Below, piece after piece: positions 35,458 to 45,534 of a DNA stretch of 53,542 bases (positions within the stretch are counted from its first letter, which is position 1; the number at the start of each line of letters is the position of its first letter). The stretch comes from Chloroflexota bacterium (lineage in GTDB: Bacteria; Chloroflexota; Dehalococcoidia; JACPPY01): the NCBI GenBank assembly GCA_040754215.1, contig JBFMDE010000001.1, positions 18,656-72,197 on the forward strand, given 5' to 3'. Position numbers and translations under genes: made by a program. The notes under the pieces are model-generated. The model was not told where the DNA came from. It worked only from the letters and a program-made list of their open reading frames with translations, and made no database searches.

Positions 35458-36801
35458 GTGGCACCCACTGACAGAGAACAGGCCAAGGAATATGTGCTGA
35501 AGAAAGCGAAGGAACTGGATGTCAAGTTCATTCGCCTCTGGTTCTCCGACATACTGGGGTTCCTCAAAAGCTTCGCCATCACGGTCGAGGAACTGGAGAC
35601 AGCACTGGAACGTGGCATGGGGTTCGACGGGTCCTCGATCGAGGGGTTTGTCAGGATAGACGAGAGCGACATGGTGGCCCACCCCGACCCCACCACCTTC
35701 CAGATAGTTCCCTGGCGCCCTAGAGAACACCGCGCTGTGGCCAGGATGTTCTGCGATATCACCTGGCCAGGAGGGAAGCCTTTCGAGGGTGACCCCAGAT
35801 TCGTTTTGAAGAGAAACCTCCAGCGGGCTGCAGAAATGGGCTACACTTTCTACATCGGCCCCGAGCTGGAGTTCTTCTACTTCCCCAATTCAAAGGAGCC
35901 CAAGTTCTTGGATAACAGCGGCTACTTCGACAACACCCCGGAAGATGTCGCTACCGACCTGAGGCGTGAGACCATCCTCATACTGGAGGAAATGGGTATC
36001 GGCGTTGAATACAGCCATCACGAGGTGGCTCCAAGTCAACACGAGATAGACCTGCGCTACACCGATGCGCTGACCATGGCCGACAACGTGATGACGCACC
36101 GGGCGGTGGTGAAGCAGGTAGCACAGAGGCATGGACTTTATGCTACCTTCATGCCGAAGCCGGTGTTTGGAGTCAACGGCAGCGGCATGCACTGCCACAT
36201 GTCCCTGTTCAAGAGCAACAGGAACGCCTTCTTTAGCCCCAATGACCCCTACCATCTCTCTAGGGAAGCCAGGGCGTTCCTCGCCGGGCTGTTGAGGCAC
36301 GCGCCAGAGATCACCGCCGTGACCAGTCAGTGGGTGAACTCCTACAAGCGTTTGGTTCCCGGCTATGAGGCACCGGTTTACATCACCTGGGCGAGACGCA
36401 ACCGTGCCGACCTGATCAGGGTGCCGGAGTACCAGCCAGGCAGAGAAGATGCGACCAGGCTAGAGTACCGGTCGCCCGACCCCGCCTGCAACCCTTACCT
36501 TGCCTTTGCCGTGATGCTGGCAGCAGGACTTGAAGGGGTCGAAAAGGGGTACGAACCACCGCCACCGGTGGAGGAGAACGTGTACGAGATGAGCGAGGAG
36601 GAGCGCGAGAGGCGAGGTATTGACACGCTCCCAGGTAACCTCTATGAGGCGGTGTGCCTTGCTGAAGGAAGTCAGGTGGTACGCAAGGCCCTTGGAGAGC
36701 ACGTGCTCACCTCCTTCATTGGCAACAAGAAAGTCGAGTGGAACAACTACCGCACCCACGTGACCGACTTCGAGATATCTAGGTACCTTCCTCTCCTATA
36801 G
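35458..36801 (+). CDS. glnA: Glutamine synthetase, type I
   Basis: FDGSSIEGF, EVAPSQHEI, GSGMHCHMSLF, and NSYKRLVPGYEAP motifs, 447 aa. GTG start 9 nt after AGGAGG. Confidence 0.95.
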   Translation: MAPTDREQAKEYVLKKAKELDVKFIRLWFSDILGFLKSFAITVEELETALERGMGFDGSSIEGFVRIDESDMVAHPDPTTFQIVPWRPREHRAVARMFCDITWPGGKPFEGDPRFVLKRNLQRAAEMGYTFYIGPELEFFYFPNSKEPKFLDNSGYFDNTPEDVATDLRRETILILEEMGIGVEYSHHEVAPSQHEIDLRYTDALTMADNVMTHRAVVKQVAQRHGLYATFMPKPVFGVNGSGMHCHMSLFKSNRNAFFSPNDPYHLSREARAFLAGLLRHAPEITAVTSQWVNSYKRLVPGYEAPVYITWARRNRADLIRVPEYQPGREDATRLEYRSPDPACNPYLAFAVMLAAGLEGVEKGYEPPPPVEENVYEMSEEERERRGIDTLPGNLYEAVCLAEGSQVVRKALGEHVLTSFIGNKKVEWNNYRTHVTDFEISRYLPLL

Positions 36802-36826
36802 AGTTCAGGTATACCTGCAGCCCAAC

Positions 36827-36862
36827 CCGGGGAGCCTCTGCCTATCAGGTGAGGCTCCCCGG
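36827..36862 (+). terminator. Perfect 12-bp stem-loop downstream of glnA (terminator or mRNA-stabilising hairpin; no U-tract)
   Basis: CCGGGGAGCCTC - 12-nt loop - GAGGCTCCCCGG, 26 nt after the glnA stop. Confidence 0.5.
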
Positions 36863-36901
36863 CTGCTACTGCTCGCAACAACCCCGCGGCAGGCCTCTGT
36901 T

Positions 36902-36929
36902 TCGACATATGGCCACCTTGTGGTATATT
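36902..36929 (+). promoter_or_regulatory. Sigma70-type promoter with extended -10 for nadE; ATG 9 nt after the -10 (leaderless candidate)
   Basis: TCGACA (36902-36907), 16-nt spacer including TG (36921-22), TATATT (36924-36929). ATG at 36938 with no SD. Confidence 0.4.
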
Positions 36930-36937
36930 CTAGTGCC

Positions 36938-38677
<1,740 letters not shown>

Positions 38678-38681
38678 CGAC

Positions 38682-39305
38682 CTAACCCGCCTGCGCCTTC
38701 TCCCCGGCAAACTCCAGGAAATTGGCCAGCAGCATCAGTCCTTGCTTTCCGCTCTTTTCCGGGTGGAACTGCGTGGCCACGAGGTTGTTCTTTACCAGCA
38801 GGCTACAGAAGGTCACCCCATACTCCGTGTCTCCAGCGACTGTGCTCTGGTCATGAGGAGAGACATAGTAGCTGTGCACGAAGTAGAAGTCCGAGTTGTC
38901 GGGGATGCCACAGAACACCTGGTGTTGCCTTCTCTGATGCACCTGGTTCCATCCCATGTGTGGGACCTTCAATCCTTCAGGTAGCCGTCGTACCTCTCCC
39001 GGGACTACATCCAGGCATGGTTGGCCCCCGCTTTCCTCCGACGTGGTCAGGAGTATCTGAAGACCCAGGCAGATGCCCAGGAAAGGTACACCCCTGGCGA
39101 TTGCTTCCACAATGGCACTTTTCAAGCCAATGGCCTCGAGCGCTGCCATGGCATGGCCAGCGGCGCCAACCCCAGGAAGAACCAGTGTCCGGGCCCTCTC
39201 GATAGCACTACGTTCTGAGGTCACCACCGGGGCACATCCCAGCTTGGTCAGAGCCTTGACCACGCTGGAGAGGTTACCTGCGCCATAGTCAATGACAGCG
39301 ATCAT
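38682..39305 (-). CDS. hisH: Imidazole glycerol phosphate synthase glutaminase subunit HisH-type amidotransferase
   Basis: MIAVIDYGAGNLSSV, GICLGLQ (catalytic Cys), VPHMGWN, FHPEKS. No hisF or hisA adjacent. Confidence 0.85.
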   Translation of the reverse strand: MIAVIDYGAGNLSSVVKALTKLGCAPVVTSERSAIERARTLVLPGVGAAGHAMAALEAIGLKSAIVEAIARGVPFLGICLGLQILLTTSEESGGQPCLDVVPGEVRRLPEGLKVPHMGWNQVHQRRQHQVFCGIPDNSDFYFVHSYYVSPHDQSTVAGDTEYGVTFCSLLVKNNLVATQFHPEKSGKQGLMLLANFLEFAGEKAQAG

Positions 39306-39318
39306 CGAAGTCTCGCCG

Positions 39319-39537
39319 CTATCCCCCGCCCTTTCCCTTTCTGGTGCTACCGGTAACCGAGACCTCGATGACCTTGCCACAGTTCGGGCACGTCACCTGC
39401 AAGGTTAGGGTCTGCCGCATCACCCTCTCTACAAGGGTGGTGACGACCGAATCAATGTTGTCCAGCCGCTGGTCGAGCATCTCCAGGCGTTCAGCAATGC
39501 GCTTCTGGTCCAACCCCTCAGTGCTCTCCGTAGCCAA
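39319..39537 (-). CDS. Small hypothetical protein (72 aa; helical N-half, single CPNCG motif)
   Basis: TTG start 6 nt after AAGGAGG. Ends 13 nt before hisH. No recognisable family. Confidence 0.4.
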   Translation of the reverse strand: MATESTEGLDQKRIAERLEMLDQRLDNIDSVVTTLVERVMRQTLTLQVTCPNCGKVIEVSVTGSTRKGKGGG

Positions 39538-39590
39538 GTGCACCCTCCTTATACCGTGTCACCAGAAACACCAGGCCTGCGGCAAGAACG

Positions 39591-39636
39591 AAAAAGGGGG
39601 AGGCACTCACCATCGAGAGTAGCTGGCACCTCTCCC
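39591..39636 (-). terminator. Rho-independent-type terminator after the 102-aa gene
   Basis: Minus strand: GGGAGAGGTGC ... GCCTCCCCC (9 bp with one A/C mismatch) followed by TTTTT. Confidence 0.4.
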
Positions 39637-39664
39637 TTGTCGTTCGCAGACGATGGGCTGCCGC

Positions 39665-39973
39665 CTATAGAGACTTCTCCTGGACTCCCAGGGCCTCTAA
39701 CTCTGCCTTGTCCGACTTTATCTTGTCCTCTATCAACTGTGAGACGATGCGCTGCATATGTTCTCGCGCCGCCTCCCTTGCTGCCGGTGATGACCTCACT
39801 GCCTCCTTGGCCGCTTTCCATTCTTGGTCTGTAAGTTCAGCCAGCCTCCTCTGGTCAAGGGGCATCCCCTCTTCAAGAGCCTTCTCGGCAGCCTCCACCA
39901 CCCGGCTCGTCACCGCCCGCTTCATCCTGTCAAAGGAGATTACCTCCTCTACTGCGTATGGACGACTGGCCAT
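39665..39973 (-). CDS. Hypothetical helical protein (102 aa)
   Basis: ATG 39973 preceded by GGGAGGAGACAGGAG. Charged, Ala/Glu-rich sequence. No recognisable domain. Confidence 0.4.
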   Translation of the reverse strand: MASRPYAVEEVISFDRMKRAVTSRVVEAAEKALEEGMPLDQRRLAELTDQEWKAAKEAVRSSPAAREAAREHMQRIVSQLIEDKIKSDKAELEALGVQEKSL

Positions 39974-40135
39974 CTCCTGTCTCCTCCCATTCATGATTGC
40001 CACTATGATACGACCGGCCGATGCTCCTGTCAAGGGGGTATGCTATATGTTGCGGTTGCGGCTGCGAAATGCCCACTATCTTGTCCCCAGACATGCGCTG
40101 CGTTTGACACTCACACTGTCGGGTACCAGGGCATC

Positions 40136-40164
40136 TTGACATCAGCGCAATAACTGTTTATACT
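40136..40164 (+). promoter_or_regulatory. Near-consensus sigma70 promoter of the glutamate-synthase operon
   Basis: TTGACA (40136-41), 17-nt spacer, TATACT (40159-64), 39 nt upstream of ATG 40203. A GTTTA-N11-TAAAC inverted repeat (40156-40176) overlaps the -10/TSS. Confidence 0.6.
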
Positions 40165-40202
40165 GAGGCGGTAAACGGTTGCCGATGACCTAGAGGTGTA
40201 CC

Positions 40203-40658
40203 ATGGTCTATGTTCAATTGAACGAGCAGGTGTGTATCAGCTGTGGGCTGTGCCGCGTTCATTGTGCGGTACAGCACTCGCGCTCGCGGGATCTGCTGAA
40301 GGCGTTCAAGTCAGAAACGCCGCGCCCTTCGGCACGCCTGAGATTGGATGCGAGCGGGCCTGTTTCCTTGGCAATACCGTGCCGTCACTGCATCGAGCCA
40401 TGGTGTGTCTATAGCTGCCTCACAGGGGCGCTCTCCCGCGATGTTGCCACGGGGAACGTGAGCCACGACCCGAAGAAGTGCATCGGGTGCTGGACCTGTG
40501 TGCTCTCTTGCCCCTATGGTGCCATCTTCCCCGACCCGGCAACGGGGAAGGTCATGAAGTGCGACCTCTGTCCAGGTCGTGAAACGCCGGCGTGTGTCGA
40601 GAACTGTCCCAACGAGGCCCTGTCATACCACATCTTAGAGGCAGGAAATGGGCTCTGA
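40203..40658 (+). CDS. 4Fe-4S ferredoxin-domain protein (multiple-cluster)
   Basis: CISCGLCRVHC, CRHC...C, CIGCWTCVLSCP, and CDLCPGRETPACVENCP cysteine motifs. Confidence 0.8.
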   Translation: MVYVQLNEQVCISCGLCRVHCAVQHSRSRDLLKAFKSETPRPSARLRLDASGPVSLAIPCRHCIEPWCVYSCLTGALSRDVATGNVSHDPKKCIGCWTCVLSCPYGAIFPDPATGKVMKCDLCPGRETPACVENCPNEALSYHILEAGNGL

Positions 40659-41985
40659 GCACCCCGAATACCGTTACGTGATAGTGGGCAACTCCGCAGG
40701 GGGTATCGGTGCTGCAGAGGCCATTCGCGAGGCGGACAGTGACGGCAGCATGCTCATAGTATCTGATGAGCCCTATCCTGCCTACTCTCGCCCCATGATA
40801 TCCGAGTACCTTGCTGGCGAGAAGGAGATTGATGACATCCTGTTTCGCCCTCGGGGGTTCTACGCTGAGAAGAGAATCGAGACCCTGCTGAGTAAGAAGG
40901 CCAGCGCACTCGATGTTGCGCGCCGGATACTGGTGATGGAGGACGGCACTGCCCTCTGCTGGGAGCATATCTTGCTCGCATGCGGCGGCTCACCGATATT
41001 CCCCAGGATGACCGGGAGTGAGAAGATGGGCGTCTTTACCTTCACTACACTGAGGGATGCCGACAGGATGTCCGCTTACTTGCACCGCGTGCGGAGCGCC
41101 GTGGTCATTGGTGGTGGACTCATCGGTGTGAGTGTTGCCGAGGCATTGGTCAAACACAGCGTACAGGTCACCATTGTGGAGATGAGAGACCATGTCCTGA
41201 GCCTGATGCTGGATGAGGAGACTTCAGAGATGGAGGCAGCCGCCATTCGCAACAAGGGTGTATCCATCGTCACAGGACATACTGTCGTTGCTATCAACGG
41301 TCTGCCCGGGGACAGTGACCATGTCGGCGGCGTGGTCCTCGATGATGGGACTGAGCTGACCTGCGACATGGTGGTCGTGGCTATAGGGGTGTCGCCGAGG
41401 CTTGAGCTGGCGAAGAGTGCCGGGATAAGGGTCAACCGGGGCATCTTGGTCGGCCATGACATGCAGACCAGCCACAATGGCGTGTACGCCTGCGGAGACG
41501 TAGCAGAGGCCTACGACTTCGCCTATGGTACTGAGCGCCTGACACCGATATGGCCGAATGCATATCTCGGAGGCAAGGTTGCCGGGTACAACATGGCAGG
41601 TCAGAAAGCATCCTACCCCGGCGGCACAGCCATGAACTCGCTCAAGTACTTCCACCTACCCATCGTCTCCGCTGGCCTGGTGTCCCCTGTCGAGGGTGAT
41701 TACGAGGTGTTATCACGGACGCAGGACAGTGTGCATCGCAAGGTGGTGCTGAAGGACGGACGAATAGTGGGAATGGTATTCGTCTTGGCGATCGAGAATG
41801 CTGGAATAGTCTACGGCCTGATGAGGGACGGTGTGATTGTGTCCGACTTCAAGCAGAAATTGCTGGATGATGACTTCGGACTGGCCTCGCTGCCATATGA
41901 GTTGCGTCAGGAACGGCTGAAGGCATCAACTGTCAGAAAGATAAGGTCATATTACGAACCCTTGGCCACCGGTGCAGCGGGCTGA
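40648..41985 (+). CDS. FAD/NAD(P)-dependent pyridine-nucleotide-disulfide-family oxidoreductase
   Basis: YVIVGNSAGGIGAAEAI and AVVIGGGLIGVSVAEAL Rossmann motifs, ACGDVA. Overlaps the ferredoxin gene by 11 nt. Confidence 0.8.
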   Translation: MGSEHPEYRYVIVGNSAGGIGAAEAIREADSDGSMLIVSDEPYPAYSRPMISEYLAGEKEIDDILFRPRGFYAEKRIETLLSKKASALDVARRILVMEDGTALCWEHILLACGGSPIFPRMTGSEKMGVFTFTTLRDADRMSAYLHRVRSAVVIGGGLIGVSVAEALVKHSVQVTIVEMRDHVLSLMLDEETSEMEAAAIRNKGVSIVTGHTVVAINGLPGDSDHVGGVVLDDGTELTCDMVVVAIGVSPRLELAKSAGIRVNRGILVGHDMQTSHNGVYACGDVAEAYDFAYGTERLTPIWPNAYLGGKVAGYNMAGQKASYPGGTAMNSLKYFHLPIVSAGLVSPVEGDYEVLSRTQDSVHRKVVLKDGRIVGMVFVLAIENAGIVYGLMRDGVIVSDFKQKLLDDDFGLASLPYELRQERLKASTVRKIRSYYEPLATGAAG

Positions 41986-42020
41986 GAGTCAGTCACTATG
42001 GGAAAAGGTGGACGGCTAAG

Positions 42021-43160
42021 ATGAAGAACATAGAGCAGTGGAACAACCCTTACAATGAAGACAAAGTGATCGCCGCATGTGGTCTGTTCGGAATAATGGA
42101 CACCAGCGGCCGGGCGTTCAGCGGCCAGGATGTGGTCAAGGGAATAACCAACATGCATGACCGCTCCAACGGCCTAGGTGGTGGTTTTGCCGCTTACGGT
42201 ATATACCCAGACTGCTCCGACCACTATGCCTTTCACGTGATGTACCTTACGCCCCGGGCACGAGAGGAGACGGAAGCCTTTTTTACCACCAGCTTCCGCC
42301 TGGCTAGCTCACAGGAACTGCCGACGCGCAAGACAAAGAACATCGTAGACCCTCCGCTGATGGTCAGGTACTTCATTCCACCCGACGGCGCTCGCAACAT
42401 GGACTTCGTTGACGATGACTGTGTGACCAGGACGGTGATGCACATAAACTACTGCATAGAGGGTGCCTTCGTGTTTTCCAGCGGGAAGAACATGGGTGTG
42501 TTCAAGGGTGTCGGCTACCCCGAGGACATCGCCAACTTCTTCAGGCTGGATGAGTACTGCGGCTACATGTGGGTAGCGCACGGCAGGTTCCCCACCAATA
42601 CCCCGGGGTGGTGGGGAGGCGCCCACCCCTTTAACATCCTTGATTGGACCGTAGTACACAATGGAGAGATCTCCTCCTATGGCATCAATCGGCGCTTCCT
42701 GGAGATGTATGGATACCGATGCACGATGCAGACTGATACTGAGGTGGTGGCTTACGCGGTCGACCTGCTGGTAAGGAAGCACCACCTGCCCATCGAAGTC
42801 GCGGCCAGGGTCATGGCACCGCCATTCTGGGAGGAGATGCAGCGTCAGTCAGACAAAGAACGGGCCTTGAATATGGCATTGCGACAGACCTATGGAAGCC
42901 TGCTGATGAACGGCCCGTTCACGGTCATCGTCGCCCATCAGGGCGAGATGATGGGGCTCGGAGACCGTATCAGGCTGCGCCCTCTGACCGCTGCTACCAA
43001 GGATGACCTCGTCTTCCTCTCCTCCGAGGAGTCAGCCATCCGCCTGGTATGTCCGGAGTTGGACAGGGTCTGGACTCCTATGGGTGGTGAGCCGGTCATA
43101 GCCAGGTTGAAAGAGAAACGAGAACAGGAGGCAATGGCAGCAGTACGCAGCACTGCCTGA
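42021..43160 (+). CDS. Class-II (Ntn) glutamine amidotransferase, archaeal-type glutamate synthase domain 1
   Basis: AACGLFGIMD nucleophile-Cys region, HGRFPTNT, and VVHNGEISSYG motifs. Confidence 0.85.
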   Translation: MKNIEQWNNPYNEDKVIAACGLFGIMDTSGRAFSGQDVVKGITNMHDRSNGLGGGFAAYGIYPDCSDHYAFHVMYLTPRAREETEAFFTTSFRLASSQELPTRKTKNIVDPPLMVRYFIPPDGARNMDFVDDDCVTRTVMHINYCIEGAFVFSSGKNMGVFKGVGYPEDIANFFRLDEYCGYMWVAHGRFPTNTPGWWGGAHPFNILDWTVVHNGEISSYGINRRFLEMYGYRCTMQTDTEVVAYAVDLLVRKHHLPIEVAARVMAPPFWEEMQRQSDKERALNMALRQTYGSLLMNGPFTVIVAHQGEMMGLGDRIRLRPLTAATKDDLVFLSSEESAIRLVCPELDRVWTPMGGEPVIARLKEKREQEAMAAVRSTA

Positions 43161-43172
43161 ACGAAGAGTGGC

Positions 43173-44678
43173 GTGAAAACATACCTGGCGCCAAAGTTCT
43201 CGGTAGGACGAGACGAGACTCGTTGCATCGGCTGTAAGGCCTGTGTGAGCCAGTGCAGCTTCAAGGTGCATGCCTACGACGAGCATGACGACCGAGTGTG
43301 TTCTGCCTCGGAGAACTGCGTTGGTTGTCATCGCTGTGCTACGTTCTGCCCCACTGGCGCTATCAGCATTCGCCACAACCCCCTTGAGTACCGTAACAAC
43401 GAGTACTGGAAGGCCGAGGCTATCGAGGACATCATCAAGCAGGCCGAGACCGGGGGCATGCTACTCACCGGTATGGGCAATGACAAGCCCTATCCCATCT
43501 ACTGGGACCATCTGGTGCTCAACGCCAGCCAGGTGACCAACCCCTCGATTGACCCTTTGAGGGAACCCATGGAGCTGCGGACTTTCCTCGGTGCCAAGCC
43601 CGACATGCTGCAGGTGGACCCTCAGGCGGTGGAACTCAAGACCCTACTGGCGCCGCAAGTGCCGATAGAGGTCCCTGTCCTTTTCAGCGCCCTGTCGTAC
43701 GGGGCTGTCAGTCTCAATGTACATGAGTCTCTGGCCAGGGCAGCCTCTGAAACAGGAACCTTGTTCAACACCGGGGAAGGTGGGCTGCACCGCAAGCTGT
43801 ACAAGTATGGACCCAACACCATCGTCCAGGTGGCTTCAGGACGCTTCGGTGTACATCCCGAGTACCTCGACGTGGGACGGGTGATAGAAATCAAGATCGG
43901 CCAGGGGGCCAAGCCAGGCATCGGTGGGCACCTACCTGGCGAGAAGGTAAGTGCGGATGTCGCCGCCACTCGCATGATACCTAAGGGCACCGATGCTCTG
44001 TCCCCGGCTCCCCACCATGACATCTACTCCATTGAGGACCTGGCACAGCTCATCTACGCGCTGAAGGAGGCGACGAACTACACAAAGCCGGTCAGTGTCA
44101 AGATAGCGGCTGTCCACAACTCAGCGGCCATCGCCAGCGGCATCGCCCGTGCCGGTGCAGACATCATAGCTCTGGACGGCCTGCGCGGCTCCACTGGAGC
44201 GGCACCAAAGGTCATCAGGGACAATGTAGGCATCCCCATTGAACTGGCGCTGGCTTCCGTGGATACAAGGCTGAGACAGGAAGGCATCCGCAACCGCGTA
44301 TCACTTGTTGCTGCAGGCGGCATCAGGAGTAGCTCAGACGTGGTCAAGGCGATAGCGCTGGGTGCCGATGCAGTGTACATCGCCACTGCAGCATTGGTCG
44401 CACTGGGTTGCAGGGTGTGCCAGCAATGCCACACCGGAAAGTGCGCCTGGGGGATCTGCACCACAGACCCCATCCTGAGCAAACGGGTCAACCCCGATAT
44501 TGGCACCAGACGTCTTGTCAACCTGCTGCGGGCATGGAGCCTGGAGATCAAAGACATGCTCGGAGGCATGGGAATAAACGCCCTGGAGAGCCTGAGGGGC
44601 AACCGTCTTCATCTCCGTGGCGTTGGCCTGACAGACACCGAGTTGGCGGTACTCGGCGTCAGGATGGCAGGCGATTAG
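43173..44678 (+). CDS. Glutamate synthase FMN-binding (GltB central/synthase) domain protein with N-terminal 2x[4Fe-4S] ferredoxin domain
   Basis: CIGCKACVSQC and CVGCHRCATFCPTGAI, then EIKIGQGAKPGIGGHLPG, SPAPHHDIYSIEDL, GLRGSTGAAP, and the CxxCxxxxC cluster motif CRVCQQCHTGKC. Confidence 0.9.
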   Translation: MKTYLAPKFSVGRDETRCIGCKACVSQCSFKVHAYDEHDDRVCSASENCVGCHRCATFCPTGAISIRHNPLEYRNNEYWKAEAIEDIIKQAETGGMLLTGMGNDKPYPIYWDHLVLNASQVTNPSIDPLREPMELRTFLGAKPDMLQVDPQAVELKTLLAPQVPIEVPVLFSALSYGAVSLNVHESLARAASETGTLFNTGEGGLHRKLYKYGPNTIVQVASGRFGVHPEYLDVGRVIEIKIGQGAKPGIGGHLPGEKVSADVAATRMIPKGTDALSPAPHHDIYSIEDLAQLIYALKEATNYTKPVSVKIAAVHNSAAIASGIARAGADIIALDGLRGSTGAAPKVIRDNVGIPIELALASVDTRLRQEGIRNRVSLVAAGGIRSSSDVVKAIALGADAVYIATAALVALGCRVCQQCHTGKCAWGICTTDPILSKRVNPDIGTRRLVNLLRAWSLEIKDMLGGMGINALESLRGNRLHLRGVGLTDTELAVLGVRMAGD

Positions 44679-44720
44679 TCATCCCGGAAGGACCGCGTTA
44701 TTCGGGAGAAGGCGACCACC

Positions 44721-45500
44721 ATGGTTCCACGATCAGCACATCAGGACCCAAACGCAGACCAGGTTGTCCAACTGGATGCCGCAGGGCTCCACTACAGGCA
44801 GTTGAACGAGTTGGTGCGTGCCACAGTGGCCGGTGGAATGCGGAAGATAAAACTCCTCAATGTGCACGGCCAGAGGTACATCGGTACTGGCCTTGACCTC
44901 GCCGTAGACATCGAGGTCTTTGGAACGCCGGGCAATGACCTGGGTGCCTTCATGAGGGGTTCCCGCATCCTCGTCCACGGCAATGTACAGGATGGATGCG
45001 GGAACACCATGGATGATGGCTACATCACAGTTGAGGGAAGGGCAGGAGACATCCTGGGACTGGCAGCCCGTGGTGGGAAGATATTCGTCAGGGACAATGT
45101 GGGGTATCGTACCGGCATTCATATGAAGGAATACCAGGAGAAATGTCCCATTGTGGTTATTGGCGGCACAGCCCAGGACTTCCTCGGGGAATACATGGCC
45201 GGAGGCATCATAGTCCTCCTCGGGCTGAACCTGGACAGCGGCGAATTTCACCAGTGTCGCTTCGTGGGCACTGGCATGCACGGCGGCGCCGTCTACATTC
45301 GGGGCCAGATGAGGGAAACGCAGTTGGGCAAAGAGGTGGGCGTGCAAGAGCTGAGCCCAGAGGACAAGGAGTTGCTGCGAGGCTTGATTATGGAATTCTC
45401 TGGACATTTTGGCTATAATGGTGACGAAATCCTATCCGGCACGTTTATCAAACTCATTCCCCGTCACCTGCGCCCTTATGGCAGGTTGTACGCGTACTAG
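44721..45500 (+). CDS. Glutamate synthase GXGXG-motif (alpha-subunit C-terminal) domain protein
   Basis: Repeated G-x-G-x-G beta-helix pattern: VFGTPGNDLGAFMRGSRILVHGNVQDGCGNTMDDGYITVEGRAGD... Confidence 0.85.
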   Translation: MVPRSAHQDPNADQVVQLDAAGLHYRQLNELVRATVAGGMRKIKLLNVHGQRYIGTGLDLAVDIEVFGTPGNDLGAFMRGSRILVHGNVQDGCGNTMDDGYITVEGRAGDILGLAARGGKIFVRDNVGYRTGIHMKEYQEKCPIVVIGGTAQDFLGEYMAGGIIVLLGLNLDSGEFHQCRFVGTGMHGGAVYIRGQMRETQLGKEVGVQELSPEDKELLRGLIMEFSGHFGYNGDEILSGTFIKLIPRHLRPYGRLYAY

Positions 45501-45534
45501 GTTGGCGTAGCTGTGACTGTGATCGGTTGTAGTT

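Noticed and set aside
39306-39380. Long N-terminal extension of hisH (ORF call to 39380)
   Set aside because: HisH proteins start at M-I-A-V-I-D-Y-G. The extension overlaps the 3' end of the upstream 72-aa ORF and is Arg/Ser-rich.
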